A stretch of DNA of 64,000 nucleotides, from positions 186,001-250,000 of the forward strand of contig CP128815.1 in NCBI GenBank assembly GCA_051546255.1, read 5' to 3'. Numbering within the stretch: position 1 is the stretch's first letter; each line of letters begins with the position of its first letter. Origin of the DNA: Meyerozyma guilliermondii. Lineage: Eukaryota. The notes under the pieces were generated by a model that was not told the DNA's origin, did no database searches, and saw only the letters and a list, made by a program, of their open reading frames with translations. The position numbers and the translations under genes are program-made. Below, piece after piece: positions 1 to 9,383 of this stretch.

Positions 1-94
1 TTTGTCTTGTTGGTTTTGGGCTCGTTCGCTACGGGTACATCTTTAAGGTCCATATGTAAATTCAATGAGATTTTGAATGGGTGCGAAATTTATT

Positions 95-3000
95 TTAGTC
101 AGTATAAAGGCCATAAACGTCACTGAGCACATCGTCGTTGATTACCTCATTGAACTGCACAATGCTTGAAAGGGGACTTGATTCAGACTCTTGGTAACAT
201 CTAGTGTGTTTCTTGAAGTCAAAGGACCGCCGTAACCAGCTCCTTTTGGGTAAATTGATGTTGCATTCTTTTGAAGACTCTCCCAGAACTGTTAGTGCTG
301 AGGGCAGCAAGAGCTTGTCCTTGACAAATTCAATGAAATAAGAGCTCTCCAAATTTATAACTTTGTTTCTTGATACTTCTTCTTCACCAAACTTGCCTCC
401 AAAATGGTAATTACCAGTGACAATCTTACCCCAGTTATGTCTATGCCTTTTTGTATTTTTCCCCTCACCTATGTTGGAACTCCCCTGAGTGTGTGGTACC
501 CTGTATACTGGACAGGACGGTGGATCTGTTAGTGTCGAATCTCTTGGACTGTCAACATAAGAAACCGTAAAGTTGTTCTTGATGGTATCGAATTCTTGTG
601 CAGTATATGATGACAATCGGGTACTCCATTCCTTTAAAAAGACCCTTATATGTTGCTCAAGACAAGTGGAGCTATGAAATGAGCTAGTTATTGCCAACCT
701 GATTCCAACGCTAGTACTGAACATTTGTGGTGCTGCATCGACATAATAACCCAAACATTTTTCCATGCGTAATTCTCGATCAGCGGCTGTGGCAAGTAAA
801 AACCCTATCATATATGACATCATTACTGCAATTGGATCTGTCTTGTTACCCAATTCGCAGAAAATCATGGTAGTGGTGGATGTGTTAGGAGACGGTATCT
901 TGAAGCTAAGCGAGCGTCCGCCAAGAGATATTGATTCATTTTGCACAAGTGACTTGAAGGGTTGAGAGCCAGTAAGTAATGGTTTTAGGGCTCTGTAGGT
1001 TTGCTGAACACATTCTTCATCTACAAATCCACTCATGAGCACTTTCAAATATTTGAGGGAATTTTTCAAATGGTTGCAAAATTTCTGAATTGTGCAAATA
1101 TCCACCACTTCCAAAATTTCAATTCTCTCATCAAGAGAATGTATCGCTGGTTCAAGCAAGTAGTATGAAACAGATAAGACCTGTTTCAATCCAGAAACAT
1201 CACCAAACTCATCATAGCAATGTCTTACTTGTGTTCGGGCTCTTCGCAACTCGGTGTTTGAAATGGTGGTAACCATTTCGATTATGCTTAAAGTGCCGTC
1301 TAATAGCAACTTTAACGCATCTTGAATGAAATCCTTCAAGCCAGAAACATTGAAGGATAAGCTGTTTTGGTAGTTGAGATTTGGACATATGCTCCATTCG
1401 ACTCCCAATTCTTCAACCTTGTATAATTCATGCCGCAATGTATTTCCAATAATGTTGCTCAACAAATCAAGCATTACGTCGGTTTTGGCTGTACGGGATA
1501 ACGTTGTGAATAATATCTGGAATGATAGTCTGACTTTGCAACCGGAAACTTCTTCGTAAGAGTCGGTCCACATCTCTAAATTCGGCAGCTTCAAGCACTG
1601 AACTGGCTGACTACTGGGCATTAAAATTTTACTGGAACTTTGGGACTGTTCGAGTTGAACTTGTTTGAACAAACTTTGATTGGAGTCTTGACTGGAGTCT
1701 CGACTGTAGTCTCGCCTGAAGCCCAGTGTTGTATTTTCTTGAAAAAGTTTAGGGTTCAAATAATGCCGTTCATACTCAAAGTCAAACTGAGGGTGAACTC
1801 CACTATCAATATGGTCTCCATAAAGATCTTGAATATTTGGGTTCTTCTTTCCCATGATAATCAAGTTCATTCTACCAGGCTCCAAGATTTTTCCGGAACA
1901 AGTGACAAACTCTTTTGCTCTTGAAGTCCAACTGGTTCCCAGCATAATATCATCCCAATCATCATAGCCACGAATTATGTTTTTTGTTTTAATGGTATCA
2001 AAAGAGAGTGCTAAAGTCTCGGCTATACCACTTAATTCGTTCATGCAACTTTCCTGGGACTCTCGAAAGTTATACGATGTTTTTTCTTGATTTGACTTTT
2101 CTTCGAGCACTACTCCAAGACTGTTCAAATCATGGTCTGTTATGGAAAGGATATACTCCAGTATGATATGGGCGATGTTGCTGACTCTCAAGTAGCCTCT
2201 GTGAGAAGGAGTTATGTCAACCACCAACAATTGTTCATTATAGTCCAAAGCTTGCACATGGCATGTCAAACCCACTATGAGATTCGTCCGCATTAAATAC
2301 TCACAGACGGTTCCTCTTGCTTCGTCTCCTAATAGAGTCGTCCAAACTCTCAAAAAGAGGTTTAACTTGGGCTTATTATCGTCACAGTGAACAGAATAAA
2401 ATATCCTGATGCAACTTGCAGTATCATTTTGCACCCAAAGACATTTGGAACGCTGATGCTTAGGAAATGCAAAATCATGAATTGATGAAATAACTGGTTT
2501 CTTGGAACTGAATTTAGTCTTCACTTGCTTCTGTAGCAAATCTAATGGTTCGGGACCTTGAACTACAAGGCTGATATTGGACAGTGTGTAATGGTTGCAA
2601 AAATACTCTTCCAAGCGTTTGCGAACAGGGATTCCATTTCTTTTGGGTGTTGTATAAAGAGACTCAATGTTGCCAGTGTAAAATTGTGTAAAAGGATGTG
2701 AATCATCTGCCACAAGTTTCATGCCATAATAGAGAATTTTCAGCTTCGATGTACGATTCAAAGCATGTTCTTCTTCGATTGCAATTATTTCCAGCATCAT
2801 TCCATTTTTTTTAAAAAGAGGATTCTCGAAGAAACTGGTAAAGTTGTCAACTAATTGTGTTCGTTTGATTGAGTTTATAGGAATTTCCATAAAGTAATTT
2901 GTTAATATTCCAGTAGTAAATGCATTGGCATCTCCTCCTGCCTCTGCGAGAGTTGTATAGAAATGTCCACTTTTTGGATATTGCTTTGTTCCAGTAAACA

Positions 3001-3193
3001 ACATGTGTTCACAGAGGTGTGCTAACCCTGGTAAATCTGGTGGATCATTGAGAGAACCAGAACGAATTGAAACTGCCATAGAAAAATATTCAATATTAGG
3101 CGACGATATAAATAGTATTTTCAATCCATCAGGAAGCACTGAGAGCTTATATTCATTTTTACTTTGACCTAGAGGAAGCCTGAACTCTGCCAT
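95..3193 (-). CDS. AXL1: M16A insulysin-like zinc metalloprotease, Axl1-type
   Basis: 1032-aa ORF with the inverted zinc motif GLAHLCEHM followed by NAFT. HLCEH and the divergent C-terminal half fit Axl1 better than Ste23. Confidence 0.75.
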   Translation of the reverse strand: MAEFRLPLGQSKNEYKLSVLPDGLKILFISSPNIEYFSMAVSIRSGSLNDPPDLPGLAHLCEHMLFTGTKQYPKSGHFYTTLAEAGGDANAFTTGILTNYFMEIPINSIKRTQLVDNFTSFFENPLFKKNGMMLEIIAIEEEHALNRTSKLKILYYGMKLVADDSHPFTQFYTGNIESLYTTPKRNGIPVRKRLEEYFCNHYTLSNISLVVQGPEPLDLLQKQVKTKFSSKKPVISSIHDFAFPKHQRSKCLWVQNDTASCIRIFYSVHCDDNKPKLNLFLRVWTTLLGDEARGTVCEYLMRTNLIVGLTCHVQALDYNEQLLVVDITPSHRGYLRVSNIAHIILEYILSITDHDLNSLGVVLEEKSNQEKTSYNFRESQESCMNELSGIAETLALSFDTIKTKNIIRGYDDWDDIMLGTSWTSRAKEFVTCSGKILEPGRMNLIIMGKKNPNIQDLYGDHIDSGVHPQFDFEYERHYLNPKLFQENTTLGFRRDYSRDSSQDSNQSLFKQVQLEQSQSSSKILMPSSQPVQCLKLPNLEMWTDSYEEVSGCKVRLSFQILFTTLSRTAKTDVMLDLLSNIIGNTLRHELYKVEELGVEWSICPNLNYQNSLSFNVSGLKDFIQDALKLLLDGTLSIIEMVTTISNTELRRARTQVRHCYDEFGDVSGLKQVLSVSYYLLEPAIHSLDERIEILEVVDICTIQKFCNHLKNSLKYLKVLMSGFVDEECVQQTYRALKPLLTGSQPFKSLVQNESISLGGRSLSFKIPSPNTSTTTMIFCELGNKTDPIAVMMSYMIGFLLATAADRELRMEKCLGYYVDAAPQMFSTSVGIRLAITSSFHSSTCLEQHIRVFLKEWSTRLSSYTAQEFDTIKNNFTVSYVDSPRDSTLTDPPSCPVYRVPHTQGSSNIGEGKNTKRHRHNWGKIVTGNYHFGGKFGEEEVSRNKVINLESSYFIEFVKDKLLLPSALTVLGESSKECNINLPKRSWLRRSFDFKKHTRCYQESESSPLSSIVQFNEVINDDVLSDVYGLYTD

Positions 3194-3281
3194 AATGCTG
3201 TCAAGTGAATGTTCATTGAATTATCAATGGTCGTTGCAAATGTCCTATTTGGGCCACGGCAATGGAACCGAAAAAAATTTA

Positions 3282-3353
3282 CTCCGATACGGGGAATCGA
3301 ACCCCGATCTGCTCGGTGAGAGCGAACTGTGCTAGCCATTACACCATATCGGA
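3282..3353 (-). tRNA. tRNA-Glu (anticodon CTC)
   Basis: Reverse complement TCCGATATGGTGTAATGGCTAGCACAGTTCGCTCTCACCGAGCAGATCGGGGTTCGATTCCCCGTATCGGAG folds as a 72-nt cloverleaf, with a downstream T-run terminator. Confidence 0.95.
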
Positions 3354-3874
3354 TAATTGGTGATTGAATTGCGCCGGGCACATTCAAGAGTTAGAGAGTG
3401 TACTCGACGTTCGGCTTCATTGCCTAATCTTGTTCGCAGCCATTGGTAGCCTATTCGCTATCTTCCTATTTTGGACAGCGGAAAAGATAACAAATTTTTT
3501 GCATTATCTCATGATCTCGGTGAATCTTGTGCTCGTAGAAAGTATGTACAAGACATGCCAAGTGCTAAAAATGGCACTGATTCACTCATTTTTCAGAGTT
3601 GTAAATTTTTGTGAATTAACTTTGGTTTACAATTCGACCGAATTTATGAGAGAAATGCACTTTTGGTTTTCTTCTTGGCATATCCTCGTCCAGGTGCAAA
3701 CTTAATGTTCTCTAACGATTGAGTCATTGATAAAAAGATTGAATATTTCCACGCTCTGTAAGTTGCAACTTTTTAAGGAAGAGTTAGTAGTAAAATGTGA
3801 TTAAGTCAGGGTCTACCCGGAAGAAAGAGATGTGGTATAACCCACATTTGTTTAATTTTAAAAAAAAAAGAAAG

Positions 3875-3946
3875 CTCCGATACGGGGAATCGAACCCCGA
3901 TCTGCTCGGTGAGAGCGAACTGTGCTAGCCATTACACCATATCGGA
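3875..3946 (-). tRNA. tRNA-Glu (CTC), identical second copy
   Basis: Same 72-nt sequence as 3282-3353, followed by a T-rich tract on the minus strand. Confidence 0.95.
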
Positions 3947-4273
3947 TTAACTGTAATGAAAAGTAACGTGTGCGACTAAGTGATCCAGACGGAAACGAAC
4001 ACAAATAAAACACTACAACACTCAATTCTCTACAACATTACCATGTATTATGTTTCTTTTCTTCTCTTAGTTCATCCTCTCTTTTCTCCCACTACTAAAA
4101 ATTTTTCCGATTGTTGGCTTACATAAGCCGAATGACCATGGAACATCCATAAACCGGCCACATTTCCTCCTTAATCAGGTCCGCACCAGCCCGAACAATC
4201 ATACAACATAACCCACATATATGAACGAAACGTTTCTAGAACCTTTGAGTTTCCAGTGAACCTATACTAGAAC

Positions 4274-4786
4274 ATGTCAAATCAGTACGCTTATAACTCC
4301 GGTACCTCCGCAACCAATTATTCGAGTCAATACTCGCCACCTTTATCAAATGGATCGATGACTATGGGAGTTGGAAATGGAGCCAATACCAGTCCCACTT
4401 TCAACAATACATCGTATGGATCGGTGGATTCGACGGGCTCGTCAGGAATGAGTTCCTTGGGGTCACTGTTTACATCGTCGTCGAATTATTCATTTCATAA
4501 TGCTCGTATGAGATGTTATCTTTCAAAATCTTTTGATATTGAAGATGATATGGAGTTCTGCCCGGACATACCCGAGCAATACTCAACCAATAGTCCGCCT
4601 ATGAAAAAATTCAATGCTCATACGGCAATGAGTTTTTCGCCAACGACTCAAGCGGAGAATATGAACAATCACCAGCATAACCCACAGTCGCCTCGTGTGA
4701 CCACGCCGAGGTTGAAGAAACCATTAGAGATCATCAATCCGCAGACCCGGATGCGGGTTGGGTCACCAGCCATGCAAAACAAGTGA
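4274..4786 (+). CDS. Ser/Asn-rich uncharacterised protein
   Basis: 170-aa ATG-started ORF. Low complexity, with islands SKSFDIEDDMEFCPDIP and KKPLEIINPQT. Confidence 0.75.
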   Translation: MSNQYAYNSGTSATNYSSQYSPPLSNGSMTMGVGNGANTSPTFNNTSYGSVDSTGSSGMSSLGSLFTSSSNYSFHNARMRCYLSKSFDIEDDMEFCPDIPEQYSTNSPPMKKFNAHTAMSFSPTTQAENMNNHQHNPQSPRVTTPRLKKPLEIINPQTRMRVGSPAMQNK

Positions 4787-5283
4787 GCAGGGTTCACTAG
4801 AAACGATTAACGATACGGGATGTATTAGTAGATAAGAATAAGATAGGAGAGTAATGGGTGTAGGCAAGAGAGGAAGAGGAAGAGGAAGAGAGGAAGTGTA
4901 GGATAATTAAAGAGGAAGAGAGGTGTTGGGTGACTCGGAACTCCTCTGATATAAACTGGTGTAAGGATGTGATAACCCACTTGAAATTACTGCAATTACA
5001 GTAAAGATCAGATGGTGAAAATATCAAATTCTCTAGACACTTTTCATACTTATCTCCTCCTTTCCGCACTTTCTTCTCTTTTCAATTTCTTTTCATTCCT
5101 TTCTCTCTCCTCTCCCCATTGCAACCATATCAATTCCGGTGCCCGTTTAGGAACATGGTAGCGGTATTACCGCATTGGGCAGGTGCATGCGATACCCACT
5201 ATCTCCTCTCGATTCGGTAGTTGGAACAGCCGATATCTCATCTCTTATATATAGCCGCAAACATCTCGTTCAATATCCCAAAC

Positions 5284-7269
5284 ATGGTTCTTCACCCATT
5301 CGACTCTGTTACCGATGCTGAGATTCGCTTGGCATCCAAGTTGATCAAGAATGCTTATCCAGCAGATGCAAATGTTCACTTTGTTCAAATCGAGAGAACT
5401 GATCCTCCAAAGAAAGATATGATTAAGTACTTGGAAGCCGAGAAAAATGGAACTCCAACGCCATCTATTCCTCGTGTGTTGTATGCATACTATTATACCC
5501 ATACTTTGGACTTTAACAAGGCTTTGGTCAATGTGACTGTGGGACATGTTATCACCAAGACCAAGCTTCCCAAGGGAACTGTTGGACCATATCTTCCTAA
5601 TGATATGATCGAGTGGGAGGAAATGTGTATGCAACACCCTGCTGTCAAAGCTGAAATTGAGAAATTAAAGTTACCTTCCAACTACCGGGTTCGCAATGAT
5701 CCATGGATTTATGCTACTGAAGATGCCAACGAATCAAGACCATTGGTTCAATTCTTCATGTACGTTTTGGCTGGAAACGGACACTCGGAGCTGAACCACT
5801 ACTCGTTACCATTGAAATTTTCACCAGTATTTGAAGCCTATACCAAGAAATTCATTCGCATTGATTATTTGCCAGGTGGATTTGACGAAACCATTACTCC
5901 AACTTTACCATGGCAAGAGGTTCCTTGTGTTGAGTATCACCCAGATTTGGTCAACGAACCAGTTCCTCGTGATGTGAAACCACTTTTAATTTCGCAGCCA
6001 GAAGGTCCATCGTTCACGGTGCAGGGCTCCAAGGTCAAATGGCAAGGATGGGAGTTCCGGGTAGCTTCTAGTGCCAGAGAGGGATTTGTCATTTACGACG
6101 CTCACTTTAAAGGTCGTCAAGTGTTGTACCGTCTTTCTTTGTCGGAAATGACAGTGCCTTATGGTGATCCTCGTGCTCCATACCATAGAAAGCAGGCATT
6201 TGATTTGGGAGATTGTGGCTTTGGAGTTAATGGTAATCACTTAAATTTGGGCTGTGATTGTCTTGGTGTCATTCATTACATGGACGGTAAGGGAATTGAT
6301 GCTAGTGGTGAACCATTTGTCATTCCTAATACCATCTGTATGCATGAACAAGACAATGGATTATTGTACAAACATGTCAATTATCGTACCAATAATGCTG
6401 TTGTGGCCAGAAGAAGAGAATTTGTTGTGCAAACCATTGCAACGGTTGCAAATTACGAATATATCATCAATGTCAAATTTGTTACTGATGGTATGATCGA
6501 CATTGAAACCAGAGCTACCGGTATTCTTTCCACCATGCCTATCGATGAAAACGTCAAGGTACCTTGGGGAACCATTGTGGGACCCAATGTGATGGCAGCT
6601 TATCACCAACACATTCTTTCGTTTAGAATTGACCCTGCTATTGATGGACATAAGAATACCGTTGTCTATGACGATGCTGTGAAATTGCCTCGGGACAACA
6701 AATTGAACCCATATGGTGTTGGTTTTGTCACCCAGAGAGGTTATGTGGAAAAAGCTGGCCACATTGAACAATCTCCTTTCACCAATAGAACTTACAAGAT
6801 CATCAATGAGAATGTCATTAACCCTGTGGCCAAGACTCCAGTCGGATACAAAGTTGTGATGCCTGCCCGTCAAATGATCATGGCTGACAACGATTCTTTC
6901 AATGTTAAGAGAGCCAAGTTTGCTACCGAGCAAATTTGGGTAACCAAATACAGAGACCATGAACTTTTCGCAGCCGGCGAATTCACCAACCAGTCGCACC
7001 TGGACCAAGGATTGGGAGTATGGGCTAATGGAGTAGATGATGTTAGAAACGAAGATGTGGTTGTGTGGGCTACAATGGGATTCACTCATATTCCTCGAGT
7101 TGAAGATTTTCCAGTTATGCCAGTGGAAATCCACAATATTGGATTGGTTCCTGCCAACTTTTATGACAAGAATCCAGCGCTCGACATTCCCCAGGCCAAC
7201 AATACATTCAACAAGAGTGTGCAATTGAGTCTGGCTAATGCTCTGTGTTGCAGCAAGACCAACTTATAG
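5284..7269 (+). CDS. Copper-containing (TPQ) primary amine oxidase
   Basis: N-terminal HPFD, TVANYEY topaquinone motif, HQH copper ligands, THIPRVEDFPVMP. First ATG is at 5284. Confidence 0.95.
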   Translation: MVLHPFDSVTDAEIRLASKLIKNAYPADANVHFVQIERTDPPKKDMIKYLEAEKNGTPTPSIPRVLYAYYYTHTLDFNKALVNVTVGHVITKTKLPKGTVGPYLPNDMIEWEEMCMQHPAVKAEIEKLKLPSNYRVRNDPWIYATEDANESRPLVQFFMYVLAGNGHSELNHYSLPLKFSPVFEAYTKKFIRIDYLPGGFDETITPTLPWQEVPCVEYHPDLVNEPVPRDVKPLLISQPEGPSFTVQGSKVKWQGWEFRVASSAREGFVIYDAHFKGRQVLYRLSLSEMTVPYGDPRAPYHRKQAFDLGDCGFGVNGNHLNLGCDCLGVIHYMDGKGIDASGEPFVIPNTICMHEQDNGLLYKHVNYRTNNAVVARRREFVVQTIATVANYEYIINVKFVTDGMIDIETRATGILSTMPIDENVKVPWGTIVGPNVMAAYHQHILSFRIDPAIDGHKNTVVYDDAVKLPRDNKLNPYGVGFVTQRGYVEKAGHIEQSPFTNRTYKIINENVINPVAKTPVGYKVVMPARQMIMADNDSFNVKRAKFATEQIWVTKYRDHELFAAGEFTNQSHLDQGLGVWANGVDDVRNEDVVVWATMGFTHIPRVEDFPVMPVEIHNIGLVPANFYDKNPALDIPQANNTFNKSVQLSLANALCCSKTNL

Positions 7270-7607
7270 CGGGCTATGGTGACTATAAATAGCGCAGTAT
7301 ACGAGAATAGACAACGAAAAGGGAAACAATTACGAAAAAAAAGGACAATAAAAACACAATTACGAAAATTGTTCACTATATGGCATTCCGTGATACATGG
7401 AGCCACCGATAGTACTTATCTCGATAACTTTCTGAATTCTTCAGTAGCTTCTATGAATAGTCTCGGACCCTCGCTGCGGCTTGGCGCGCATATCGGTCCG
7501 CGTTTTTTCAGGCGCAGTAATCCGCAAGGTTGCCGCAAGGTACCATATTTGTAATATAAAATACTTGTAATATAAAATACGTCAATTTCCCCAATTCACC
7601 AATTCCA

Positions 7608-8036
7608 ATGAACTCCTTACTTCTTTTCACAATCTTTGCTACTTCAGTTATGGCAGACGACTTGCTTTCAAAGTTGGTTTCTGACGTTAAAGCCAATCCA
7701 CAGGAATACCTTAGCTACATTCAAACTGCCACTGCCTCTATTCCCGAAGATCTCACCCCATTAGCTCTCCAAGTACGCACGTACACAGACGATTCGTTCA
7801 CGACACTCTTAGACAGCAGCCAGAAAAGCGAAATTCTGGCGTTTGCTACGGGGTTGCCATGGTACAGCAGCAGATTGTTGGATGATTCAAACTCCGCAGG
7901 GCTGACCGAAACAAATGGCTCAACCAGCTCAACTGCTAGTTCTGTCTCTGTTTCCGCAAGCGAGTCGACCGGAAATGCAGGCAAATTGGTGGTGCCAGGC
8001 GTGGGTTTGGCAGCTCTTGCAGTGGTTTTGTTGTAA
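7608..8036 (+). CDS. Srp1/Tip1 (TIR-like) GPI cell-wall protein
   Basis: Signal peptide, SDVKANPQEYLSYI...LPWYSSRL family motif, Ser/Thr-rich stalk, hydrophobic GPI tail. Confidence 0.85.
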   Translation: MNSLLLFTIFATSVMADDLLSKLVSDVKANPQEYLSYIQTATASIPEDLTPLALQVRTYTDDSFTTLLDSSQKSEILAFATGLPWYSSRLLDDSNSAGLTETNGSTSSTASSVSVSASESTGNAGKLVVPGVGLAALAVVLL

Positions 8037-8500
8037 GACATTGAATAAACCAGTGTTGTGAAGAAAAAAACCTGGTGGATAAACCAGACTCATGGTGATG
8101 TTGTCCGGTAAGCCAGATAGTTTTGGATAGTTTTGGATAGTTTTCTGTTATAAATCACGAAATCAATAAAGTAAATCAGCAAATAGTGTACTACGGTCCA
8201 CCAACCCTAAAGTGGGTTCTTGTCAACTTCTATTTATGTGATTCATCTTTAATTGGTATTCTTTTATCCGCTTAATAGAAATCAACCGCAATTCTGAACA
8301 CATTGGTTGAACCCATTGGGATGTTTCTTTCTAAGCCTCACCCTTAGGTTGCAACCGCAGCAGCCCCACACATCCGTGCACCAGAATCTCAACCAGCCTT
8401 GCGCGGTCATCGCGATACTTGTATTCACCAGAAATCCCATCATGAGTCTGGCACCACAAATGGGCAAGTAGACTTTTGGAGACTTTTCGAGACTTTTGGA

Positions 8501-9160
8501 ATGCACACTAACACAGACATAAACGATAAGCGTCACAAACAACGATTTGGTTGGGTCAAACGACTAATGAATAACAGAAACCACAATGGGGAGTTGGGTA
8601 AATATCCTCAAGAAGGTCGAGATACTTACGATTCAGACAGTAGTTCTGAGTTCTCCCGTAGCGTCGCCGAAAGCGCAGCAGATAGTGACCAAGGTCATTC
8701 CGATAACATCTCCACTATTCCATTGAAATCGATCACCTCCATTCCTTCCACCAAATCTCCATCGGTATTGAGCGATAAAGATAACAATTCGTATATGGCT
8801 TCCACGGCAGAAACGTCACTTGCTCCCAGCGGTCATACCGTGGGATTACCTAGCCCGCAAACCACGGCTCAAACTGCATCTACCTCGGCTGCTAGTGCTT
8901 CCAATACCCCCGTAAATGACCGTGACCAGGAGTCTATCGTCACTTTGGCGAGTTCCAGCCGACGCGTACGTAGAAGAAGTCTTGATACCAACAGCAGTAC
9001 CACGGGAATTGCTCCTGCAAGCATAATGGAACGATTAAGTGTTCATCCTACGGCTGCGAGCGCCTACGCACCCAGTGCCTATGCTACTAGCGGGTACGCA
9101 TCTAGCACCCAAAATAGCCATATCGATGCGGAATCGGAGACTGATGAAAAGAAAGATTGA
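8501..9160 (+). CDS. Ser/Thr-rich uncharacterised protein
   Basis: Open frame with first ATG at 8501 (start uncertain). Contains SIVTLASSSRRVRRRSLDT, a basophilic-kinase-like site. Confidence 0.7.
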   Translation: MHTNTDINDKRHKQRFGWVKRLMNNRNHNGELGKYPQEGRDTYDSDSSSEFSRSVAESAADSDQGHSDNISTIPLKSITSIPSTKSPSVLSDKDNNSYMASTAETSLAPSGHTVGLPSPQTTAQTASTSAASASNTPVNDRDQESIVTLASSSRRVRRRSLDTNSSTTGIAPASIMERLSVHPTAASAYAPSAYATSGYASSTQNSHIDAESETDEKKD

Positions 9161-9383
9161 TGAAGAGAATGATGAAGAGAATGAAAAAATTTGATGAAAA
9201 AACAAATTAATGTACTACTGTATTCTTGTCGTATTTGCTCTTCTATGCTCTTTGTCTTTATCACACCCAGACACCATATCGCCCTTCCCTGCACCGAACA
9301 TTCAAATCAAAACAACTCCCCTCTTCACTTTTGCCAACCTTTCGTGGTGGCGGTTTCTTTGCCTCAACCTCTAGCTTTCGAAA

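Noticed and set aside
3364..3705. 113-aa ORF between the tRNA-Glu copies, and a minus-strand TACTAAC near 3783
   Set aside because: TTG start, no motif, and no canonical donor or sensible spliced ORF could be built.
4860..5120. GA-rich then CT-rich tracts (also 25780-25940) as triplex or ncRNA
   Set aside because: Low-complexity UTR/promoter tracts with no convincing structure.
6361..7224. 287-aa antisense ORF (also 59136-59828, 44430-45035 and others)
   Set aside because: These are shadows opposite strongly conserved genes and have no recognisable motifs.
8321..8500. Upstream in-frame ATG with TAG read-through extending the 8501 ORF
   Set aside because: No supporting homology; the region contains a simple 10-mer repeat more typical of a UTR.
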